A program made the translations under genes and the position numbers. DNA of 63,285 nt, filler included, from Pseudovirgaria hyperparasitica (Eukaryota), in NCBI GenBank assembly GCA_010093815.1. It is 3 parts of 3 records of this genome, joined end to end, with 100 filler letters (N's around TTAATTAATTAA, not from the genome) between each part and the next. Parts side by side here need not be neighbours in the genome. Positions count along the whole stretch, not along the records: positions 1 to 23,366 come from ML996583.1; positions 23,467 to 44,501 come from ML996584.1; 1 more part is not named here. One strand, 5' to 3'. Every line of letters begins with the position of its first letter. Position 1 is the first letter of the stretch. Positions 13,235 to 24,438 of the stretch are shown in pieces. Under the pieces are notes generated by a model. That model made no database searches. It saw only the letters and a list, made by a program, of their open reading frames with translations, and was not told the DNA's origin.

Positions 13235-16200
13235 ATAATAATAATAATAATATTATATAACTAGGTAGAGTAGTACTCTATAGGCCTATGCCTTCTCTAG
13301 TCTAAGCCACTATATAAGAAGAAACCCCATAGGGAAAAACTTCCTTATATCTATAACTACATCTCATTAAACCTCTGTTTCGTCTTAAGTATATAGCTAT
13401 AGGGTACGCCTATTAGTCTATAGTCTATATTACCATTATTTTACCCTTAGGTAGTACGTATAGGTGCGGAGGTTATTAGTTAAGGGCTACCCTCGACTAA
13501 TAATTAGGGTTCTCCCGGGGTTCTTCTAGTATATATCGGGTTACTACCGGCGTATGCCGGGTCTCTTCCGGCATATATTTCCGGGTCCACTAGTACTAGA
13601 GGAGTAGTAGATATATAAGCATCTATCGGGAGACGTCCTTAGGGTACTTATTAAGCTATTATATAATATCTAAAGTCTTCGTAACGTAGATAAGCTATTA
13701 CCGTTATATATAGAGGTTAGGGTATATAGCTAGATAGTGGCGTATTATATCTCTCTAGCCGTACGCCTTATACTATAGGGAGGTATCGGGAACGCCTCTC
13801 TTATAGATATAGTATAGGAGTTCTATAGCGCCCGTTCGGGCTAAGATAAGTATAGATACTTAGGCTTTCGTTAGCCCTTTATATATCTATTTACCCGGTT
13901 CCTTCTATGGCCCTCGAATCTACTCTAGATATCTATTCTACTAGAAGGTCTAGTAGGCACGGAGTGCCTCTTTCTACTTATCTTAAGTCCACGACTATAT
14001 ATTTTTCACGAGTTCTTAAAGGCTCTACTAGTCTAGGAGAGCGTCCGGGTTATCTCGGACTTCTTATACTACTTAGCTAGAGTTAGCTTCTATTAAGCAC
14101 CTATACCGTATTCGATTCCGGCCTATATATAGGAGTACGTGGTAATATATACTAATTCGTGCATGTAGCGCGGCGAAAGTATATTCTACGTTTTCTATAC
14201 GTTCCTATACTTATTATTTAGTAAAGTATACTACCCTCTATATCTAGTAGAAGTTATATATACTTATAACGTCTATCTCACGTCGTAGTAGCACCATATT
14301 AGTAGCTTTATATACGCCTAATATAAGACGGAGTATACGGTTCTATATAGATTCGAGCTTTATTCGCCTAGTCTATATAAGGGCCGTATACTAGTACTCG
14401 TGTCCGTACGTGAAGGCGGGTCGTGCTATAGATATATATAGCTAGCATGCCTTATCCCGGGCGGTTCCCCACGTAGAGGCTATAATCCGTTATATAGCGG
14501 CTTCTATCTAGAGGGCCCTAGAGACGGCGTATACTACTTATGGTCCCCATTTAAGCTTGCTATCTAGTATAACTCCGAGCGCGCGCATGCTTTATACTAG
14601 TAGTTCGTTAAATACGTCGATTCGGGGGCGTCGTTCGCCTTCCCTAGTTACCTATTTCCCTTAACGGTTAATGAAGTGTATAAGCTAGTATTTCTCTAGG
14701 GCGAACTTTACTCTATGGCGTTTTACCTACTAGAGGCACCTCTCGTGGTTCTATTCTAGTCGTCTATACGTTCGGTTAGTATTATTATTAATAGCTAGGA
14801 GGTATATATTATCGGCGTATCCGACTACCTCTATATACTTTATTCCTTAAAGAAGGTCTACTATAAAGAAGAGGAATAGAATCGGAGAGATGGTACTCCC
14901 TTATGGGATGCCGCATGCCGTCTCTTTATATTCGCTCTAGTACCTAGAGATATATATCTAAGTTGTTCTTCCTATAAGGAATAACTATATAAAGCGTGTA
15001 ATCTATTCTAGTATTCGTCTTATCCGGAGGTTATAAATAAGTCTTATATGGTTTATCTTATTAAACGCTCCGGCCATATCGAGGGAGAGGAGCGATACTA
15101 CCTATCCCTGTTTCTATACGGCCTGGACGACTTTAATAATATATTAGATAGCTATTATTAGGGAGCTATCTACCTTTGCCTTCTAGTTCGGAGGGAGGAG
15201 ATTATATTCCTATACCGCGGTACTCATCTTCTTTACTACCGTAGCCTCTAGTATCTTGTCTAGGTAGAAGAGAAGGGCGATTAGTCTCTATCCCTTTAGG
15301 GAGTTAGAGCTCTTTCCTAGTTTCGGGAGTATAATAGTATAGGTAACTCGGAAGCTCTAGGGGTAGTACCCCTACGTGACGTATGCTTGGAATATATGAG
15401 TAATAAGTAGTAGGGTCGCTTTTATAGTACTTTTTAGGTATCGATTTAGAATTCCATCTAGTCCGAGTACTTTATCATTTAGAAGTATCTTAATAATATT
15501 AAGTATATCCTCCTCCGTAACTTCTTCGGGGATGTCTACCGCGTATAGATATTCGGCGCCGTGAACGTCTAATAGGTCTACTAGTTCCGGGAGAGGGAAT
15601 ATAGCCTCCCGTAGGGCCTTAGTTTTCTTAAGGCTCGTGGAGTATATTCTCCCCTAATATATTAGGGGAGGCATAAGTAGTAGGGGTATCGGAGTATCTA
15701 CGCCCTTAGCCTATTTCGCTATACGCCATAGCCCTATTACGTATCGTGTCTATTAACTAGTAATTATACGCTACTATTTACGCCTTTCGTTATAGAGGAC
15801 TTTATCGCGTTATTATATCGCTTCCTTCTATTCTTCCTATAACTCGGGTATTCTTATATAGTATACGCGTGTATATAGCCTTCGGGCGTCTTATCTACTT
15901 TCCTATACTCGAGGAATCCCCTTTACTTCCGGGGGCTGGTATATTTAGTATAGGACATGTTTATTTCTCGTATTCTAGTATATTTATAGGAGTGTCTATA
16001 CGGCCTGGTCTATAGCTAGGTTATTAGATATATTAACTATAGAGGGATCTAGGATCGCCGATTCCAGGTCCTTTAGGTACTTTTCCTAGTTGGTGTCCTT
16101 CTATATCTATCGTCTCCGTTATTTATTCGGGGTATATACGTTTATTATGGTTTCCATATATTCGTGGTTAGAATTCGTCTATACCTAGCTTAGGCGGTAG

Positions 16201-18519
16201 TATTAGATCTAGTAACTAATATGCTCCGTGGCGAAGGTAAGGTCAAGCGTAGACCCGTCTTCGTCCTATTTATGTTTTTTCTATATAACTTATTCTATAG
16301 GTATAAGTAGATATAGGAAGTCGTGGTAGCGGGTGCGTAGTTCTCTTACTCTAAGTTCTTCCCTTATTACGGCTAGGCCTCCCTACTATCGGTGGTAGAG
16401 GTTAAAGTCTTCTAGGAGAATATATTACCCTAGTTCCGTGGTACCCTCGAGTATCTCGTCTAGTATAAGTACACGTTATTAGTTATATATATTATATATA
16501 TATAGGGGGCCTATATCTATTTATAGGTGTAGTGTTATTCTAAGGTTATCGCGCTTGGTATACAACCATAATAAGAGTGGTATTAACCTATAAATATAGA
16601 AGAGAACTCGTCTTTCTAGTCCTAGAGGGTATATAGTATAGTATCCGGGGTGTGTAGTTAGTTTACTCGTCTAGTAGTATTTATAGGGTTCCTAGATAGC
16701 GAGTATTATAGCCCCGGTCTCTTCGAGGAGCGTCGCCTAGTTCTCTCTTTTATATTATATATTTACCTATATAATTTAGAGTATATTCTAGTCCCTTATT
16801 AGGTACTAGAGAGTATATATACCTATATACTTATTCCTTAGAGGCGCGACTATCCTCGCGCGGTAGCGGCTTTAACTATGCCTTTTAGTCGTCCTATCGT
16901 CTTCGGGATAGTCTACTATCCTACCTAACTACCTTCTAGAGGGGAGGTTAGGGGTATTATAAAGGAAGGGCCCGTGGTAGATATTATATTCTATAACTAT
17001 CTCGCGCCTCTCGCTTTTATCGTACGAATATATTCTATAACCTATTTATATTTTATGCACGTTAACGACTACGACGGGTATTTCCCGTCGTAGTTTAAAT
17101 ACTATACTATGTCTCTATTTCTTAGTCCGTCTCCTTGCGGTTTATAAGGGTACTTCTAGGTAGCGTGGTCCCTACGGCACTATCCGCACTTAGTCTTCTA
17201 TAAGTACCTTTATATAGTATATCTATACCCTTAACAGTTAAAGCACTATATTATTACCTATGCTCTATCCTATGGCTCGGCTATAAGGAGCTCTCCTTCT
17301 ACTAGGAATCCCTTCTATATAATATATTATATAAGGGCGGGGTCTCGGAGCTCTATAATTATAGTAGAGTGTTTTTTCGCCGTCGTCTTAATCGCCTATA
17401 GGTTCTTCTACCACGCTTTCACGATCTTAATCCCTAGGTATTTTCGCGTGTTGGATTATTCTATGCGCGTAATATCCTCCGCTCCGATAGCCTATCCCTA
17501 CACGGGTACTACGTGTACTATAATCGGGTATATAGCTACCCTAATAGACACGCTAGGGAAGATACTACCTATCGCGTTCGGATCTTACGAGATGTTTTAC
17601 TACGTAGTATTCGTTATAGTAGTAAGTACTACCCTACCTAGCGTAACTTTAGTAGCCACGACGCTCGACCACATTTCTTTCTACTTATTAATCTTATTTA
17701 TAATTTCCTTTAGGGATGCCTATTAGACCTACGCCAGCGTGTCCTTATCCTAGATTACGACCCGTATACTATATACTCTATCTATAGTCCTAGTAGTCCT
17801 TAGTACGGTGGCTCCGGGTATTACTATAATCTAAGCCTACGTATTAGGGCGCTTATCTTAGGATAGCTCTTTCTAGATTCTCCGTAGGCTGGCTTCTATT
17901 CGGTTGAGTCTACTACTAGGTTCCTCTCGTAGTAACTTCCTTTCTTCCTCTATAATTCCTCTTAGGTTCTAGATAAGGTCCCGGAATATATAAAGGAGGG
18001 TCTTCTTTCCCTTCTCGGCGTCCCTCTCTATATATATTATCTAGTATTTAATTTTATCTAGAAGGGTCTCCCCTCTCAGGGTCCCCTTAGTCTAGGTTAT
18101 CTATAGCGCTTTATACCCTTAGTTAGTTCCTATATTTTAGATAGGTATCTAGCTATCTATATTAATATTGCTATATAGCCGTTTCTACCGTACTAGTAGG
18201 GGTATATCCGGCGTCTACCGGGGTATTACGATACCTAAGGCTGCCATGGTTATTAGTTAAGGGTAGCCCTTAACTAATAAAAGGGGGTCAGCGTGTCGGC
18301 GTTTATTAGATATAGTCTATACTTATGTTATCGAAGAGTCTTTGAGCGTATATATATAGTATCTCTATATATTAGTATCGTCGTGTATTATACGCTATAT
18401 ATACACACGTATGTCGGAGGTTGTTATACTCGGTATACTCTATCGTTTAATGTATGTAAATCGCTGTTTTACCCCGAATTAACTAGTTTAGTCTATTAGG
18501 GTATAAGAAGTTTTTTATC
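13235..18519 (-). mobile_element. LINE-3: full-length Tad1-like LINE nested in ORF2 of LINE-2
   Basis: Tail at 13235, 5' end GGGTATAAGAAGTTTT at ~18500-18516, 13-bp TSD TATACTAAATATA at 13222-13234 and 18520-18532. Confidence 0.92.
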
Positions 18520-19544
18520 TATACTAAATATACCTTCGCCGCGCTACGTGTATAAATTAGTATCTACTATTAAGTACTACTATATATAGACTAGACTTAA
18601 CTATAGTATAAGAGTCTAATAGAGATAGATTTAAACTAAATTATATAAGAGATCGTAGATAACCTAGACGTCTCTCTAGACTAGTAGAACCCTTAGAAGC
18701 TTATATAGGCTATATAGTTATAGACCTAGAATAAATAGAAGGAAGTCCTCTAGATCTATTAGATATTCTAATAGAATAAGTATCTAGAATAGGTTTAGAG
18801 ACTATAGAAGGAACTAAGTAGATAGATATATAAGGGGCTTATAAAAGTCTAAGTATCTATCCTCCGCTAAGCCTAAATAGAAGCTATAGAACTTCTATAC
18901 TATCTATACTAGAGGGGTATCCTAGACACGTCTCTATAGTATAAAGTATATAGCTAGAGAGATATAATATAGTACTATCTTATAATATACCCGGACCTCT
19001 ATATATAGAGATAATCGCTTATCTATATAATAAGGACCTCTAATATTATACGGTAGCTTAATAAGTACTCTAAGAAGATCGCCCGGTAGATACTTATATA
19101 TCTCTCTCTCTTCTAATACTAATAGACCCGGATATATATACTAGATATAACTAGGTATATACTAGATAGATCCCGGTATACGCCGGAAGAACCCTAGAAG
19201 AACCCTAATAATTAGTTAAAGGATAACCCTTAACTAATAACCCCCGTACTCTATACGTGCTATCTAAGGGTAAAAATAATATTACTATAGGTTATAGGTC
19301 TATAGATATTTCTAATAGCTATATACTTAAGATAATATAAAGGCTTTATAAGATATAGTTATAGAGAGAAGGGAGTTTTTCCTTTTATAAAGGTTTCTTC
19401 TTATATAATAGCTTAGACTTAAGGAGGTATATATCTATAGAGTAAACTACTCTACCTAGTTATATAATATTATTATCATTATTATTATATATAATATATA
19501 AGTTATATAGAATAAGAGTCTAGCTCTACTCTATTCTATTCTAT

Positions 19545-22500
19545 TATAAGAATAGAGTTATTAGATAGTAGTATAGTTAGATAGAATAATAGAGTATATT
19601 CTATTATAGAACGAATTACTACTAAACCCTTTTAGTAGAAATCTAAGAGTATATATATAAAGGGATACTAATCTATCTAGCACGTGACTATTTACTACCC
19701 TTTATACTATCTTCTAACTATATTAGCTAAGGTATATATAGATTAGATTATATCTAAGACTAAGTTCTAATAATTATTCCCTTTCTTTAGAAAGCTACCC
19801 TTAGTAATCTAGATCGTTATCTATCTCTATATCCCTATTCTAAGTCTTATAAGACCTTAGTTATTCTCTATACTTCGTCTTAGATATTAGCCGATATTTA
19901 CTAATCTAAGATTTATATAAGTATTTTCCTAATAAACTAGATTTTATCTAACCTAAATTCTTATATAGATAAGATTATCTAATTAGGCCTAGCGTATCAC
20001 GTAATATAATTAGATAAGCCTAGGTACTATCTATATTAAAATCTTTTCTTAGAAATATTCCTTTCTTTAAAAAACTTCTTAACTCTTTATAGAGTTTTTT
20101 AGATTATTAGATATATTACCCGATTCTTATAGATATAGATTTATATAGATTTACTATAATTTAGTATAATTTATATAATTTACTAATTTTTATACTATAT
20201 TTAGCTAGTAATAGTAATAATCTATAATAATCTATATAAATTAGTAATAATTATAATATAGTTTCCTAAAATCTTAATACTCTAAAGTAATTAGTACGGA
20301 AATAGGCATCTTTAAATAATCCCTATCTTATATATATTACTAATATATTAAAAGCTATTAATCTACCCTAACCTAGACCGGGCTCTAATAATCTAGCTAT
20401 ATATTATTATAGTTATTACTTTCCGTTATATACCGCTTATAGTAGTACTAAATCTATAATATATAGTACTTATATAACTAAGAAGCATTATTACTTATAG
20501 ATATTTAAATAAGTTTAAAGAACTTTACGTAGATTTACTTATATTAGTATAGATTACTACTAGGCCTCTAGTAACCTCTACTAATAAGAAGTATAGTACT
20601 ACTAATTATAATACCTTAGAGAAGGCTTTCTATAAGCTATATATCTAAGGTAAGAGTTATATCTAGAAGTACGATTCTAATATAATCTATAAGGATTTAT
20701 TAGAATCTACTATAGCTATTATTACCGCGATTACTAGATAATATTATTTTTCTTAAATTATTATAGATTCTTACTAATATATATTAATCTCTATAATAGT
20801 ACTAAAATCTCTACTACTTTAGACTTCTTTCTATATACTAGTAATATTAAAATTTCTAGAAAAGATTCTAGTAAAAAGACTAAGGTTCCTTTCTTATATA
20901 TACTAAAGAGCTATAAATTTAGAGAAGATAGCTCTAATCTAGAAGTTTCTATACTAAAGGTATATAGTTCTATACTAATCGTTAAATCTTTTTACTAATT
21001 TATATAATTCTTAGCGTGTCTATACTAGTCCATCTCTCTCTATTCCGGGTTCTACTACTCCGTAGGTTTCTATAGAGGAGTTTATAGCTATAAGACGCGC
21101 TATATAGAATTTATAGTATTAGAATAAAAGGCTAGAGACTTATATTATAAAGCTCTATACTATACTAAATAAGAACTAGTAGAAGGAATTAGATATAATT
21201 ATTACGGTAATTAGTACTTCTACTCCTACTCTAACTTAATTAGTTTAGATCTATACTAATTAGTAATTTATTTCTTTTATCTAGCGTTTTTAGTTTTCGG
21301 TTTTAATTTTAAAGCGATCTTACTTTTTCTAGATAGATTAGTATAAGTTTATATAGATCTATATAGATCTTTATATTTTCTTTTAGCTTTCTTAATTTTA
21401 TCTTTCTTTAATAATAACTTCTTTAATCTCTTTAGTAATCTATACTAATCTATACTAATTAGCACCGATTTTCGATGTCTATTTCTCTTAGTAAATTATT
21501 TTTCTAAGTCTCTTTTTTAGTTAAATTTTTAAAGTTCTAAGTTTAAACTTTCTAAGGGAGTTTCTTAATTCCTTAGAATGTTTTAAAGATCTATATCTCT
21601 TCTATCTTCTTCCTTTTAGATAGCTATTCTTAGCGTCGAACTATACTAAAAAACGTTAAATTACCGTACTTTAGTATAATTCTCTACGATTCCGCGGCTT
21701 CCTTTACTAATTACTACTTATATACTAATATTACTACTTTACTAATATTTATTATAGGTTTCTAAGTATCTTTATTAGAATTATATTCTTTCTAATAAAT
21801 TTTATATAGCTATATACTATCTTTAGTATATTACTAGCTAAGTATCTACTTAACTTTATAGATATCTATACCTTCTTATATAACTACTTTATATAATATC
21901 TATTTAGAATAATCTAGTAATAATAAGATATAAAATAGCTTAAGAAGTATAATATAGAATATATTATATATCTTTAATATAGAAGGGAGTTATAATTTAT
22001 ATATCTAGTTATTAATTATACGAGTAATCTTATATAGATCTATTATTATATAGTTAAGCTTCTTCTTTAGTCTAATACTATAAATATTCTTACTATTTAG
22101 TAAAACTTTATCCCTAATATTAAAGATTATAGGTTTTCTACCCTTATTATAGTATGATTTACTATAATCTATAGTATCTTATAGTAACTTTATAATACTT
22201 CTTTATATTTAGAATAGTTCTATAGTAATTTCTATTACTTTAACGTTAGGTCGTTCTACTTTAAACTAAGTCTCTAAGAACTATATATTATAGTTCTAAC
22301 TAAAGTTTACTTTAAATAGACTTATATAGATTAATATATATTAGCTATTATTATATATAAATTCTATAATATAGACTAACTTTATCTAGTTATTCTACTT
22401 ATAGTTATAATATATATATAAATATACCTCGACTATCTAATTCTACCGCTCTATCTATCTATCTATTTATAGATAGAATATAGTACTAAGTTTCTACTTA

Positions 22501-23366
22501 ATTCCTAGTATATAGTAGAAATCCTTCTAAAATTTAGATATTATCTATAGACCTCTATCTAAAACTATACTATTAAGTATACTATAGAGCCGAACTACGT
22601 TATAGAGTAGTATATCTATAAGATCTAGTACTTAGATTATCTTTCTTATAGAGATATAGTATAATATCTTTATAAATCTATCTAGAACTATAAGTAGACT
22701 ATTATAAATATACCTAGAATACTTACTTAGGGGTAGATCTATAATAAAATCTATTAATAATTCCTTCTATACCTTCTTTAGTATAGGTAATAGCCTTAAT
22801 TTACTATATAGAAAGTATCTATATACTTTTATATACTAGTAAACGTTATATATTTTTATATAGTCCTTTATGTATTTATAAAGACCCAGCTAGTTATATA
22901 TTCTTTAGATTAAATTAACTATTCTTATAATACTAAAGTATCCTACTAACGTATAATTATACTATTCCCTTAAAATATTAATTTATAAGCCGTCTTCTAG
23001 TATATAGAGTTAGTCTTAAAAGTAGATTATATCTAATTATTATTTCTATCTTAATAACTACGGCGGATCTATAGCGCTTTCTTTTATACTTATAACTTTC
23101 TTTACTAATATATTAGAATTCTAGGTAGATTTAATTAAGTCTTTAAGGGTTTTCTTAGTTTCTTAGATATTTATTTAGATTACTTAATACCCGCTCTAAT
23201 TCCTATAGAGAATCGCCAAAAGTATCCTAGCTTCTAGTATTCTATTAGATAACTAGTCTTATAGTATCTAAAGTATAGTATAGTCTAAATTATACTAACT
23301 ATCTATATTATTCTATAATAATTTCTTATAATCTTTATACCGCGATAGAGGATTAGCTTTATTCTC
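19545..23366 (-). mobile_element. Ty3/gypsy family A, 3' half (3' LTR 19545-19772, accessory region, chromodomain, integrase), cut by the contig end
   Basis: Reverse complement of about 58600-62420, more heavily RIP-mutated than that copy. Confidence 0.92.
20258..21239 (+). pseudogene. Second copy of the gypsy-A antisense spliced accessory gene
   Basis: Colinear with 61707-60726 (minus strand), from the ATA(ATG)GTTTCC start to the stop. Confidence 0.7.
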
Positions 23367-23466
23367 NNNNNNNNNNNNNNNNNNNNNNNNNNNNNNNNNN
23401 NNNNNNNNNNTTAATTAATTAANNNNNNNNNNNNNNNNNNNNNNNNNNNNNNNNNNNNNNNNNNNN
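23367..23466. other. Artificial contig linker (N run + TTAATTAATTAA + N run)
   Basis: Exactly 100 nt with a six-frame stop cassette; repeated at 44502-44601. Confidence 0.97.
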
Positions 23467-23561
23467 CCTAACCCTAACCCTAACCCTAACCCTAACCCTA
23501 ACCCTAACCCTAACCCTAACCCTAACCCTAACCCTAACCCTAACCCTAACCCTAACCCTAA
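23467..23561 (+). repeat. Telomere (CCCTAA)n, about 16 units, at the start of contig 2
   Basis: Perfect CCCTAA array at a contig terminus, in the orientation of a left chromosome end. Confidence 0.97.
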
Positions 23562-24088
23562 ATCGCGACCGTTTATTCGCTTATAAAAAAGGATCACTTA
23601 TACGCGGTTATATACTGCGGTACGGCTTCGGCCCTTTAGCGCCTAGGACGTAGCCCGGCCATCGGCGTCGGTGCTATTTAGGCACCGCTGCCCGAGGCAT
23701 GCGCGCGCCGCGCTATAGTAGCGCTCGGTATTTTAAACGTGCCGATGCCGATAGGGTAGGCCCTAGTACGTTACCGTACGGCCCGTGGTGTGTGCTTTGC
23801 GCGTAAGCCTACATCCTTAGACGGAAAAATGTGACATGCCAGCATTCATAGCGATTCTCGGCCAGAACGTGACTAGGTGACTATAGAATAATTTAGAATG
23901 ACTACGCATTCCGATCGGAGGTCGGTATTATAACCGACCGACACTTTCACCTATAAAAGAATAATAAATCTTAGTCCCTAATGAGCCTTTAAGGCGAAAG
24001 GCATCTGTCGGTTTACACCTAGCTATCTAGGACTCCTGTTACTCATCACTTTTCCTCGACGATTTCTTCCTGCTTAAAGTAACCCTAA
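23562..24088 (+). mobile_element. Telomere-attached segment ending in TAACCCTAA; putative 3' end of a telomere-targeting (Penelope-like) retroelement
   Basis: Bounded by the telomere and by TAACCCTAA (24080-24088). Contains a hammerhead fold. Less RIP-affected than its neighbours. Confidence 0.5.
23959..24044 (+). ncRNA. Type I hammerhead ribozyme (RIP-damaged)
   Basis: Stem I AGTCC (23973-77)/GGACT (24030-34). Core CTAATGA (23978-84; CUGAUGA with one TG>TA change). Stem II GCCT/AGGC. GAAA (23996-99). Stem III AGGCA/TATCT. CUA cleavage triplet ending at 24029. Distal stem I GAATAATA/TGTTACTC. Confidence 0.78.
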
Positions 24089-24438
24089 TACGGCCGCCTT
24101 ACCAAAAGTAATATATAGCTCTACTACTATTATATAGTACGATATAATAACCGTAAATCTAAGACCTAACCGAGCCCGGTTATTATTATATAAAACACTA
24201 AGCCGGTCTCTAAGATAACCCTAGAGAATAAGGGTATGTTATAGACTTCGGCTTTACCTCGTCTCTAGTATTATATAACGGAGCCGGGACGGATAGAGAC
24301 TAGTATAGGGGTATCACGTGACCTCGCTTAAGACTATACTTAAGCTATAACCTATACGAGCTACCCCTACTCTCTCTAAGTTAAATTATAATATATCTTA
24401 ATTACTATTATAGTAATACCTTAGTTATATCTATTATA
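24088..24438 (+). mobile_element. Truncated 3' end of gypsy family C (150 nt of 3' region + LTR 24237-24438)
   Basis: Reverse complement of 36408-36757; homology stops abruptly at the TAACCCTAA junction. Confidence 0.9.

Larger units (their letters stand above)
3411..19485 (+). mobile_element. LINE-2: full-length Tad1-like LINE in three pieces (3411-3570, 8878-13234, 18533-19485)
   Basis: ORF1 CCHC knuckle QCFNCQGYGH (~10006). ORF2 APE GDFNLHH (~11000) and SDH (~11240), RT GYADD (~12590). (ATT)n tail. Flanking TSD TATTATATATAATATA at 3395-3410 and 19483-19498. Confidence 0.9.

Noticed and set aside
18250..18285. CTAATAA in the LINE palindrome as a RIP-mutated hammerhead core
   Set aside because: No stem II plus GAAA follows on either strand.
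23367..23561. Interstitial telomere or chromosome fusion
   Set aside because: The array follows an artificial linker, so it is simply a contig end and adjacency across linkers has no biological meaning.
23415..23597. 60-aa ORF with LG repeats
   Set aside because: Translation of the telomere repeat and the N linker.
23562..23834. Possible reading frame right after the telomere (only TAG stops until TGA)
   Set aside because: No recognisable RT or other motif; too short to support as coding.
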